Assembly: GCA_011109175.1 (NCBI GenBank)
Contig: RDEW01000047.1
Location: forward strand, 82,324-115,323
Origin: Dicyema japonicum
Lineage: Eukaryota > Animalia > Dicyemida
Length of the DNA stretch: 33,000 nt
Reading direction: 5' to 3'
The position numbers and the translations under genes are program-made. Of this stretch, positions 10,401 to 21,647 are shown piece after piece (the first letter of the stretch is position 1; every line of letters begins with the position of its first letter). The notes beneath the pieces were generated by a model. The model was given only the letters and a program-made list of their open reading frames with translations, did not search any database and had not been told where the DNA came from.

Positions 10401-13400
10401 GTCAACTACCAAAAGAACTTAACGAAAATGTAAAATCTTATCTTCCAAAATCAAGATGTTTTTGCGTGGAAAATATATTTGGGTATTTTTGGGGGACAGA
10501 CCTGAACTATTTGGGGAGTTATCTTTCTAAAACCGAATGTTTTTCTGCCTTAAAGACTATTTTGGAATATTTTTTGAGAGAAGGTCCCCCTGAGATTGAT
10601 TTGGCTGGAACCTATCTTTTGCTTACGGAAGATTTTGTGTTTTCTCTGGCGGATTGTAAAAATCCCAAATACTTGTTCGAATATAATGAAATATTTGGAA
10701 ATTCCTCAAATATGTTTGTGAACAAGGAACTACTCAATCTTTATAAAGATCAGAGATTTCACTCCGCGGGGATTTTCCGTAATTTTGAAACGGACGATCT
10801 CGTCAACTTTTTAATAAATAATAAAAAGTTGATGGAAAAGCTGAATATCTCCCCTTTTCTGGAGTCCTTGGAAGAACTGAAAGTTTTATGGACTTTAATT
10901 GATTCGATTTTCCTAGAATTTTGTAACACAGCGAAAATTGAAGATAAAAAGGCCACAGTCGACATATTTTTCAAAAAATTCCGGCCAATTCAACATTGGA
11001 GGATTTTTCCTATAATTGGAGGAACAGACAAAAGTCTAATAAATTTACTTAGCATTGTGGAACATTCTAGAATATTTATATTCCCAAAAGATGTCGATCG
11101 TGAATTGTTAGATTTTTTCGCCATGGCAAAAATTTTTCAACTTAACGATGTCTGCAGTAATTTTTGGTTTATTCAGCAAATCATTCTTTCAATCGACGAC
11201 GGCCTCGACTGTTTAATTAAAGAAATCCCAGACGTCATTCCCACTCCCAGGCAGATGACAGCACTGTATAAATTTGCAATATCGAAAATCCAAATAATTA
11301 GCCAAGATGACTTTCTGCGCATGTTTTCTTCTTTAAAGAGTTATCGTTTGTATGACAAACGGTGTACAAATCTCAGAGAATTAAAACCCTTTATTTACTC
11401 AAAAGACGACATTCCATTGGGGGATTCATCAAAATGGTGCCTCACAGACAATATGGCTCTTCTGAACGCTGACTTACTCAGTTTTGAGCCACTTTTGAAA
11501 GTTTTTAAAATTCAAGAATTGAACAAAGTCGAAGTTTATGAGTTATTTATTCTTCCCAACTTTCCTTCAATGTCTCAAAAGGCACGTGACAAACATTTGA
11601 TTTTTATGAGTAATATTTTAAACGATAAACAATGTGGGGGACATTTTATTGATTCATTAAAAAATACGCAACTAGTACCCGACGAGGATCAGATGTTAAG
11701 AAAACCAAACGATTTGTTCGACCCTAAAAATCCCTTGTTCCGCACTTTATCGACTATTTCTCAGGACATAGTTTTTCCGTCTCCGACCTATTCGACACCT
11801 GAATGGATCGACTTTTTGAAAAGGTTGGATCTTTCCGTTCAACTGACTTGGAAACATCTTGATTCGGTGTCTAATAGAGCAGCTTTTCTTTTTGAGCAAA
11901 ATGATTTTCCTTCACAAGACATGCATAACATTGCTTCCACAATTTATAACTGTTCTGTAGAGTGCTGCACGAGTGCTGATGAAATTGACGGACTGTCCTC
12001 GAAAAAATTCATCCCCTCCTATCAACATGAGCTAAACTCAATGTTCAAAGACGGAATAACCCTTAAACAAAAACCAATCTGTCTCAAAGGAAGTGTTCTG
12101 CACAGTTCCTTTTCTCTTTGTTGGACAGTCTTCCCGATATTGCCAGAATGGCTTGTCGAAACTGACAAAACTCGAGATTTTCTCACCAAGGCACAAGTAC
12201 TGCTGAAGGTACCAGTTACCGCGGTGATTTCCAATTTGATTGTCATTGCCCCCAAACTCGAAAATATCCAAAAATTCAACGTAAAGTTGATGCACACGAT
12301 TCTATATGATAATTTTTGTTATTTGTCGGGGACTGTTTTGGATGTAAAGACGATTGAGGCTCTGAGTACGTTGAAAATTGTTCCAACCAATTCCAACTCG
12401 TTTGTCTTGCCTGAAATGGCTTTTTTCCTACTCAATGAATTATTATCAATTCCAACGGTCCTCGAATCAGTTCATAGAGACTTCTACGACCTGACGAACT
12501 TTTTGTTTAAACTTGGAGTTTCCAAGGAGCCAAATGTTACGACTTTTATTAAAATCAATAATTATTATGCGGAGAAACAATCTGAAAGCTTACTCAATCC
12601 AAATGAAATTTTATGTGTAATTCAATCCACCAAACAACTTTTTAATTACCTACTTGACACTCCTGCTGACAAAATTGGGGAATTATTCAGTAAACGGTCA
12701 TCAGAATTCTATCTCCCTTGTCGAACTGGACAGCTCTTGGTTTCTAATAAGGTTTTGTATTCCGACAACTCCTATCTTTTGTCCAGAATTTATGGAATTG
12801 ATTCAAATCTTTTTATAAGCCACTACGAGTGTGGAATGGATTTTGATTTTTTTATTAAGGCAATTTTATTGATTCCTCAAGAATTGAGACCTTCTGCCTT
12901 GTCAGATGTTGTAACCGAAATGCTGGATCAGTCATGTTTTAGTACTCGACCCAAATTAATTGATGATGTATTTGTCCCCATCATCAGATCCCGGTTAAAA
13001 AACAATGAGTTCCTTATTGGTATTTCCAGATTAATGATCGCTACCGCCTACGATTTGGATTATTTCCTCAGTCCCTCAGAAATCGACCACTATGTGAACT
13101 GTATTTCTTCAGTGGAGATTGTTTCCCTCTCGTACATAAAAACTTACCTCTTTTACAACGATGAATTGATTCCTGACAGTGAATATGACTGTGATTGCTT
13201 CTATCAAGCTCCTTCCAAGAAAAACTCAACTCGAGTCATTTACATAAAGAACAGAGTCTCATCAAATAAACGAACCTACGCCATTCTTGTCTCAATAATG
13301 AATCGACTTTGTAATGGATTTCTGCGAACAAAGAAGGACTTGGTTATGCACATTTTGATGTGCCCGACATATGAAATAAATAACGACCTTGACAATCTTC

Positions 13401-14206
13401 ATATACCTGATAATGACGGAGAGCATATTCCTTCTTCTTTGCCGATCCTTGGATCTGAGATTCCTTCTTCCAATTACTCCTTCTTATATCCTAATCAAAC
13501 TGATTTTAAAATAAATGAATATGTCGGCTTCATTGAGCCTAATGCGGAATTTGAAGGACCTTTTTATGGCCTTGTCTCCGAATGCGTTCAAAGTGGAATT
13601 TTTCGATTAAGGATCGGTCCCTTAGATTCAGATGTTCTTGATATATATTTGATCAACCTCCTAAAAATATCTCGAAATATAGAAAATGTTGATCATTACA
13701 TTCCTAAACCAAAGCCCGCGAAAGAAAATACTGAAAAGTTTAATCATTCCAAACCAAAAGACAAGGAAGAATTTACATTTTTCCAACAAAATAAAATGGG
13801 GGAGAAAATCGATTTGCCTGAAGATGAGATACGGCGGGACAACGAACGATACGAAAGAGTAGTCTACGAAATAAAACGGGAAATTTCTAAAATAAGAGAA
13901 ATGGACCCTATTTGTCGAAAGAAACAAATTAAAAAATTATTGTTAAAGTGGCATCCTGACAAAAACCCAAAAGATGTGCCTTTTGCAAACAAAGTTTTTA
14001 CATTTATTCAGTCGGAAATTGCAATTTGTAATCTCTTCGATACTTCTAATCGGAATCCTTGGCAGTTTATGGGGTTTTCGAGCTGGGATAGCTTCTATGA
14101 GAATATTAAGAGGAAGACAAGTTTTAGAGAAGCTGAACCTGATAATAACTCACAAGAACATCAATTCCCAGATCAGAAATCNCTCGGTCGTGTAGGGATC
14201 ACTTAA
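4377..14206 (+). CDS. Sacsin-like protein (~3230 aa): three degenerate sacsin/HSP90-like repeat regions plus a C-terminal J-domain; both ends uncertain
   Basis: Introns 4467-4511, 4578-4601, 4937-4961, 6003-6027 and 6216-6239 join the track ORFs into one frame. Sacsin-like motifs: ILREFIAIAEEVQATNVRFLY, IFCVYIN, GTVFEFTVK, GFPVFLHANF, LDGIHLLPLQDGSF, FYSPREL, GTLIRCPL, TIFRFPV, LRKPNDLFDP, and the J-domain KKLLLKWHPDKN (HPD at 13952-13960). Confidence 0.85.
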
Positions 14207-14260
14207 CTTAATTAGTTCTGAACCAGGATCTAAGAATAATTTTGGTTTTGTGGCTTATTG
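14183..14260 (+). mobile_element. Probable 3' terminus of the APE-type LINE family, directly after the N
   Basis: Encodes LGRVGIT*, compared with LLEAAGIT* (28962) and LLREAGIT* (32018). The following TTAATTAG..TTTTGGTTTT resembles the LINE 3' UTR after 32018. Confidence 0.55.
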
Positions 14261-14496
14261 ACAAAAAAACAAACACAAAGTTGCAAGCAAGCATATAAAG
14301 TGATTCATCTTGCTTACCTCAGTTGAGATCCCGGTAGTTCATAATCACAACACACTGTTTTGTAAGACGCCTTACGAGAACAAGAACCAACATGGTTTCG
14401 ATGACATTTAAATTATTTTGGATGCCATTCTTAACAAGTTAACTTTGATGTTTTTTGAATAAATAATGTTAACAATACAAAAAAATAAAAAAAATA

Positions 14497-15645
14497 TCAA
14501 TAGTAAATCTTATTAAGCTGTTCGACGGCATTATCACAGGAATAGTACCTCCTCAAAGCACACATTTCCAAATACTCCCCCAATATCGACAAATTGGCGA
14601 CCAATGATAATTCCATACAATTATTTTTTATTAAAAAACACAGTTTGCAGAAATACAACAAAATCATATTTATTCTTCGAAATCTTGACGCTATCAATAA
14701 ATCGTTTTCTTTCGCTTAGAAAGAATTTTAGATAATCCAGCAATATCTGAATACAGGTACGTGTGCTACACAGAGACAATTTCCGGCATCCAATGAGGAT
14801 TCTGAAGGGTCTTTCTGCAAATGTTACAAAATGCTAACTCTGAGGGTTATGAGTTCTCTGAACAAGAACATCAGTTCTCTAGTAATTTTATTATCATCAA
14901 GATTTAGTATTTCCTCCAAAAACTGCTGAGAATAGAATTACATGGTCATCGACTTAGAGCATCAAAGACATCCTTTGCTTGGCTAGAAATTCTCATCCCC
15001 ACAAGACTCGAACAAATATTTTGGGTCATATCAGTCAGCAGTCTCTTTACAAATACAGCCAACAACAAACTAGGGATGTAAACATCATTCACATAGTCAG
15101 TCACAGCATATTTTTACTTAAATATAAAACGACATAATACGGGGATCTGAGTGAGTCTGTCAAAGGCTATTTGCAGGACGTTTTTATTGGGAAAACAGTT
15201 GAGACCGTAAATCACGTTTGAAATCCTCAGGATCTGAGTCATCCCCACTTTTTTCATTTTGTAGTCAAACAGGGCGTCATTCGACTGGTACAAGGAAGCC
15301 AAGATCAGGCACTTCATAGCGTCGGCGGCAGTCTATACTTAATCGTACAATTACCGAAGAGATTTCGTAAGAGATATATTTGTGGATAGAATCCAGGCAG
15401 ACCCACGTGTTTACAAACTGGTAGTTGACAGACCATAGCGAGTCGAGTGATTTCTACTGTAAGCAAAGAACGGAGACCTTTTCAACGTCGGAGTGGTTTA
15501 TGTCGGGTTTTAAATCTCCGTGGGAATCACGCATCAGGAGGTTGATTGCATATTGCAGTTTCTTTAAGTTACTCTCGTACAACGATCCAAAAAATGAAGG
15601 ATTTTCTGTTTTTTGTTGAAAAATGCAGCTGGCTTCCCCTGACAT
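14497..15645 (-). pseudogene. Putative micro-intron gene or pseudogene of unknown function
   Basis: Minus-strand frames join through GT-AG introns 15454-15477 (24 nt), 15333-15354 (22 nt) and 14815-14838 (24 nt). An in-frame TAA at ~15114 is not removed by any 22-26-nt intron. Confidence 0.45.
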
Positions 15646-15669
15646 TCAATAAGTTCAGTTTAGCAAGAT

Positions 15670-16215
15670 ATGTAAGCTGGTCACAAATAAAAGAAGGAAG
15701 GGCTGCACCCGTTCTCGTGCAAAATGAGTGCGAGCAGAGCACCCCGCCATGCTGCTATGAACAAGATTGTCATGCGAGCTCTTGAAGCGGCGAGCTTCCC
15801 GGCAGTACTGGAGCCTGTGGGATTGGACCGTGGAGATGGGAAAAGACCGGACGGGTTAACTATCTTTCCGTTCACTGAGGGAAAATCATTCGTATGGGAC
15901 TGCACTGTTGTGGATTCTTTCTCGAACTCGATGATGCTCAGCTCGGCGCAGTCTGCTGGATCGGAGGCCGATCTGGCCGAGAAAATCAAGATTAAAAAAT
16001 ATGGCGAAATTGGAGACCGCTACCGTTTTGTACCGGTAGCAATCGAGACGTCTGGTGCGACCGGAAGTATCACAGCCTCTTTCCTAAAAGAAATCGGGGG
16101 AAATTGGCCCACCGCAAAAAAGACGTGCGGGAAGCGGTCTGGCTGAGGCAACAAATTGGAATCGCAGTTTCCGTGGAAACGTGATGTCAGCAGCTGCTCT
16201 CCCCCATAGTTAATA
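15670..16215 (+). mobile_element. CRE-like non-LTR retrotransposon 3' fragment (CCHC remnant plus restriction-like endonuclease), frameshifted
   Basis: HPFSCK..RHAAMN..LEPVGLDRGDGKRPDGLTIFPF..WDCT..AEKIKIKKY..FVPVAIETSG. WLRQQIGIAV and RGN follow in shifted frames. Confidence 0.85.
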
Positions 16216-16239
16216 AATTTTTCACACAAAAAAAGTCAG

Positions 16240-18000
16240 TAAGTTAAAACATATCTTTATAAATATCGTAAAAAAGTAAAAATGAATACTAAATACAACT
16301 TTCAGCCAAATCCCGAGAAATAGTGTCCCACAGAATATCATCAGAATCATCAATTTTGCTGCGATTTGAGAGCATATTAGACATTTCAAAATTAATTCTC
16401 TCAGCCGTGATTCTGGTTGACGTCCTAACAAGACCTTTCATGTCCTCACACAACACAATTCCGAAAGGATCCCAAAGACCACCGACCAACGATGAATTAT
16501 CCACCTCTGATCGCTGATTTCTTCTCAGAATAGAAAATGCGTTAAAAGAATGCCGATTTCGCCACAAAACAAGCACAAACAACTCGGCAGTTTCCATTCT
16601 AAGGAAAGCCAGAGGATTCCATCGTGATCCCAGAACTCCATCAAGGCATCGTACAGCCACATCACTGTCCATGTGGACATATTCCAACAACACAGAAGAC
16701 AAGGATTCAAATATATTGTAAAAAATGCTCAAATTGTCGGGACTGCTCTCTCTATTGCTGTAGTAGTCAACAAAACCACACAACCAATCTGCCATTTTGC
16801 CCACACAAAATTTGATGACTCTGATATGATCGAAAAGCAAACCTTTTATGGACCCCCTCAGCATGAATCAGCAGGGATCTCAAATAAGACAACGAGTTCA
16901 ACCGTATTACCAACCCTCTCTCCACATCGATGACTCTCCGCCACAAATACAGAGCCATTGCATCAAACCCTTTCTAAAGATCACACCACACATAACGTTA
17001 TGTTTCCTTAGCACGTGTAGTATTATAAACTGCAGCTGGCATGCCCGACTAATCAACAGGAACGTGTCCTCGAATACACGCAGCCAATCCTTCAGGCCAA
17101 TCACATCTAAAATTGTAAATCCACCCTTGTACCCTGATTTATAAAGTGGATAAAACATCTCATTATCTGAGTTAGTTTCCCGAACAGAACAGCGTCCTCT
17201 GAATGGGGATTCGACGAAAGAGATTCTCCAGGAAGCCAGGCATGGTCAATATTGGTCTATGGTTAAGTTGGGGGAATACATCAATGATGAGACTATTGGA
17301 GACGACCATAAGGACCACTGATCGTCTGGTATCGACTGAGGGGACACGAGAAACTATCCCCAACAAATTTTTCACAAACAGAGTGACTGTGAGCTCATGC
17401 TTTTTGTAGAAGGGGTAGGCCTTCTGTACTATGGAAACCAGACATGACTGAACTCCGCACAGGAAACTATCCCCAACAAATTTTTCACAAACAGAGTGAT
17501 TGTGAGCTCATGCTTTTTGTAGAAGGGGTAGGCCTTCTGTACTATGGAAACCAGACATGACTGAACTCCGCTAAAGGTTTTGGATAAAAGCTACTATGGA
17601 GAGATTTCTGCTAGGCGGACAAACAACCGGAATGAGGCGTCAATTGAGCCATGGATTTGAGACATATGATCATTCACGTCTTCCTTAGGGGAAAGAACTA
17701 AAATGCGAGGGAAAAGAAACTTGGGGCAAAATCGTCGAATATTTTCGATAGTACAGGCTTTATTAGATTGGGGTAGTGGATGACCACACAGATAAGAGTG
17801 TTGTTGTAATCTTCGACGTGTGCATACAACTTTTCCAGCCATTTGATTTTCTAAAGTGATTGATGACCCATACCATTAGTTTCTTGAACTCCAAGTCACT
17901 GAGAGTCCTGTTTGTTGTATTTGTACGAATATAGATTAAATAATTTGTTATATTCTCGCTGACAACCATTTCCACAACAATCGTCGACGAGAGCACGTGG
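16240..18000 (-). mobile_element. Heavily decayed L1/Tx1-like non-LTR retrotransposon remnant
   Basis: Minus-strand fragments: LYKSGYKGGFTILD (post-RT GGL-type motif), CLFCGEIGILLTHFLF (C-terminal zinc-knuckle-like) and weak endonuclease-like pieces near 17600-17990. Many stops and frameshifts. Confidence 0.45.
17350..17571 (+). repeat. 113-bp-period tandem duplication
   Basis: 17350-17462 is repeated at 17463-17571 with 1 mismatch. Confidence 0.9.
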
Positions 18001-18139
18001 TATTTTAATTTAAATGTTTTTTTTATATTTGAAATATAATTTCTTAAATAACTGATTCATTTTCTTTAATAAATTAATTTACAATTTGTTTATTAATTAT
18101 TCTTAAATACCACTCCACCATATTAGCCGCCTGGCGCCA

Positions 18140-18442
18140 TGTGATGCTGTGTGGTTAATTGGTTGAAGTTTTAAACCTGTTTGTCTGTTCTTCCTCTCTC
18201 TTCCTATTAGAGTGGCGTCATATGATCCACCTATCTAGGTGGCGCCCAGTGCCAGGCCGGCACGAAAAAGGATGATGCTGTGTGGTTAATTGGTTGAAGT
18301 TTTAAACTTGTTTGTCTGTTCCTCCTCTCTCTTCCTATTAGAGTGGCGTCATATGATCCACCTGTCTAGGTGGCGCCCAGTGCCAGGCCGGCACGAAAAA
18401 GGATCATTTGCTCTCCCCCACAATACTGGAGGGGTTTCCACA
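18140..18442 (+). repeat. Structured-RNA repeat family member with a 131-bp tandem duplication, truncated by the N gap
   Basis: 18143-18273 and 18274-18404 are near-identical. Homologous segments at 14-160, 21648-21905, 27909-27941 (-) and 32767-32829 (-). Confidence 0.85.
18345..18407 (+). ncRNA. Candidate HDV-like (pseudoknotted) ribozyme-type motif
   Basis: GGCGTC(A)/GGCGCC, ATGATCC/GGATCAT, ACC/GGT and TGCC/GGCA pair in the order P1-P2-P3-P3'-P1'-P4-CGAA-P2'. The L3 loop (TGTCTA) is non-canonical. Confidence 0.4.
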
Positions 18443-18611
18443 NNNNNNNNNNNNNNNNNNNNNNNNNNNNNNNNNNNNNNNNNNNNNNNNNNNNNNNNNN
18501 NNNNNNNNNNNNNNNNNNNNNNNNNNNNNNNNNNNNNNNNNNNNNNNNNNNNNNNNNNNNNNNNNNNNNNNNNNNNNNNNNNNNNNNNNNNNNNNNNNNN
18601 NNNNNNNNNNN
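18443..18611. other. Assembly gap (169 N)
   Basis: Run of N. Confidence 1.
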
Positions 18612-18797
18612 GACCTGTCGGCTGTGGGACTGAAGCTCACTTCCGCAGACGACCTAGATACCTTAAGGGAACTGGCACGAAGTAGAGGGTCCTGGAAAAG
18701 GCTGATAGAGAGGATGGCTAGAAATACGGCACAAGGGAGGCTTGATTAATTTTATGACTTCTCGGGAGTGCTTTAAATAAAAAATAATAATAATAAT
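18612..18797 (+). mobile_element. RTE-clade non-LTR retrotransposon 3' end
   Basis: DLSAVGLKLTSADDLDTLRELARSRGSWKRLI resembles the RTE C-terminal DL..G...A.DR..W motif. Followed by a (TAA)n tail at ~18784-18797. Confidence 0.65.
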
Positions 18798-18827
18798 TCA
18801 AAGTTGCGAAAAGGAAGTACATTCCTA

Positions 18828-20791
18828 TGGGGAGACAACGTACGTCATCAAAACGTTTCAACACAACGACGAAACATCTAATCAGAGAACGAAATAATCT
18901 AAAGATGGTAAAATCGCCAACAGAAGAGAACATCAGAAAAATACGAGAATTGAACAGAGAGATCGACAAGAACATAAAGGCAGAAAATGCAAATAGATGA
19001 ACGAGACTATCAAAGGCTCTCTGCAGGAACCCCCAATGCAGAGAGTGTGGAAGTGGACCAAGAACATCAAAAGATCTTCCCCAGAGAGAAAAGTCGAAGT
19101 CTACATAAAACCAGACACTCTGACCCCAATGCAGAGAGTGTGGAAGTGGACCAAGAACATCAAAAGATCTTCCCCAGAGAGAAAAGTCGAAGTCTACATA
19201 AAACCAGACACTCTGATGAAATATTATACGTCTATCTTCTACAAGAAGTTTTCAAAAGAACACCAAGTATTCCTGAAAACAATGAACCAAAACGCTTCGA
19301 TGACTGGATCCTATTTGCTAGTCAGGATGTTCGCAGAGCCATATCCAAGCCAAACAACTCAAAGGCCAAAGGACCAGACAACATAACCACATGTGAACTG
19401 AAGCACCTAGGCCATCGAGCTATGGAACTATTAGCCTATATCTTCAACTTATATATTAACACAAATACAATCCCTGAAATATGGAAGAAGTCTCTAATCA
19501 GACTTATCCTAAAACCCAACAAACCAATAGATGAACCATCTTCCTATCGCCCAATATCTATTCTGAGTCCGGTCTCAAGGATCCTTGAAAGGCTTGTTCT
19601 GGAAAAAGTACAAGACTCAATCTCAATACCTCCGACCCAGCACGGATTCCGGGACAACCATTCGACGACAACACACCTTACAACCCTCACACAATTCATT
19701 GCGGAAGGATTTAACACCCCCAAACCACATCAGATGACAGTACTTATATCCGTGGACATCACAAAAGCGTTCGACTCAGTCCCCAGGAAACTCCTAACAA
19801 AGAAAATATACGAAACCAACATCCATCCGAACCTGAAACTTTGGCTTGGAAACTTCTTAAATGGAAGACGAGCACAAGTACTCTGCAACAACATCAAATC
19901 AAGATCTCGCTACTTCCCAAATGGAGTCCCTCAAGGCTCCCCACTATCACCCCAACTCTTCGATCTCTACATAAACGACATGCCGCAAACCTGTAATGAA
20001 AACTGTCTAATCCTCTCCTATGCCGACGATATCATTATTGCCTCCAAGGACAGAAGCATTCAATCAGCGACTCAGTCCGCTCAACAAATGCTTGACAAGC
20101 TGGAACTATGACTCTCGAAGCAAAGACTCGACTCATCACCAACAAAGTCCTTTGTCATGCTGTTTACCACTTACAAAAGACAGCTCTGTATTGAACCAAA
20201 AAATCTTTATGAAGAACGAAGCTATTCCTATTAACAAAACACCGAAGATTCTGGGAGTCACCTTTGATCAGGGACTCACCTTTATCCGACATGTTGAGAA
20301 CAAAGTAACTTCTGCTCTGAGGAAAATGAAAATTTTAAAAGTGCTCTCAAAAACACTTATAAACCAAACTGTTGGCCTTGCCACGATTTATGAACAATTT
20401 ATCCGACCCACGATGACGCATGCAAGTCCTTCGTGGGCAATGCAGATTTCACGATCCTCTTCATTGAAACTATCCGCAATCGAGGAGACCGCAATAAGGA
20501 TAATTGGACCAGAACACAAAATCCAGCCCATTGAAATCTCTTAATCGGATTACAACTGAAACTCTTAAAGGAGGCTAGTTTACCGAGCTGCCATCTAATC
20601 CACACACTATCGAAATATCTACAGTCATACAGAAATTTTGAGCCGATGCCATGTCCAATGAGAAGAGCTGTTCAAGATTCTCGACCCCGCCGGACTCGTC
20701 TTCTCCTTTATAGGTATTGGATCACTTAGTTAGATGAGAACCTTTTATTTCTTTTCTTTGACCCAGTGATCATGGGTGTAATAATAATAAT
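18828..20791 (+). mobile_element. 5'-truncated APE-type (Jockey/I-like) LINE with reverse transcriptase, frameshifted
   Basis: KAKGPDNI, SYRPISIL, QHGFR, VDITKAFDSV, GVPQGSPLSP, YADD, ILGVTFD. Internal stop at ~20109 and frameshifts. Ends RLLLYRYWIT* with a (TAA)n tail. Confidence 0.92.
19031..19216 (+). repeat. 93-bp in-frame tandem duplication inside the LINE
   Basis: 19031-19123 is repeated at 19124-19216. It duplicates PMQRVWKWTKNIKRSSPERKVEVYIKPDTL. Confidence 0.92.
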
Positions 20792-20799
20792 CACCACAG

Positions 20800-20950
20800 A
20801 AATCATCTGTGGAAATTCGTAGGCATCCACTGGCCAAAGAATATAAAAATGGGACTCTACAAGTTATGTAAATGGGAGCCAATAATCGCCATCTATTGTG
20901 CGATTCGTCCATTGGAACATAATCTGATGCTGGACGGCTCTTTCTCGCCC
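20800..20950 (+). mobile_element. Short RTE-like C-terminal fragment
   Basis: VGIHWPKNIKMGLYKLCKWEPI resembles AGTKWPQIIKKDILYKLCKCKPI at ~26420-26490. Confidence 0.55.
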
Positions 20951-21647
20951 ATAAAACAGCATTCAATTTATGAATGCTGCTAACAACCGCTATAACTAGT
21001 TATCTACGTGTCCCCGCGTTACTTTTCAATTGAAATTATAAGTGATTCTTGTAGATCATGCAAAGAGTTCCAGTGTGTAAAAATAATTGTCCCAACCATT
21101 AAGTGACTTTATCCTGCATGGTGATTTCCCCGTGGTTTTCAAAAATCAAATCGACCCACCAGAAAATTTTAAGTTTGTTATCTCCAATTTTTCTTATTTC
21201 TAAATTCTCTAAAATCATTTTAAGGCCGATTTCACGCTCAATTATCTTGCTGGAATCTACAACCCGTGTTCTTATACCAGTTTTACAACTCCTACTAAAA
21301 GACTGACTGGAGACCTTCTGAGGGACAATCCTACAATTTTGGACTGGACGGTAAAGAACCTGAATCCTTATTGTACCGACATTTATTTTGTTCAGAACAT
21401 TTAGTTTCTGACGTCTCATCATCATTCATCTAATTCATGCTCACAAAAATAACGACTAGGGCTTTCATCCATCGTTAATTAGACATTTCGGTATGTCACC
21501 GCCCCAACCATCGACCCAACAACCTCTCGGCTAACTGGACTTTAAAATTCCTAAATAATTCAAACTAGTAGATCGATTATATACTTTTGAAATTTTCCCT
21601 AAGAACATCAAATACTAAAGAAACATTTGACCTACGAGTGACGTTTC

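Noticed and set aside
5285-14195. Short overlapping or antisense ORFs inside sacsin and the LINEs listed in the ORF track
   Set aside because: They are shadows of the main frames with no recognisable motifs.
272-14206. Alternative genetic code or stop readthrough to explain the broken ORFs
   Set aside because: Most breaks are frameshifts fixed by GT-AG segments, and a 2648-codon stretch has no TAA/TAG/TGA, which fits the standard code.
18121-18442. Solo or 5' LTR (minus strand TGTG...CACA) with a TGGCGCC primer-binding site
   Set aside because: Other copies continue past CACA with ACTG, so that end is just the gap edge. No gag/pol follows the putative PBS.
21060-21410. JmjC-like gene fragment (FPVVFKNQID..FTLNYL)
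   Set aside because: It needs atypical 29- and 48-nt introns and lacks the metal-binding motif.
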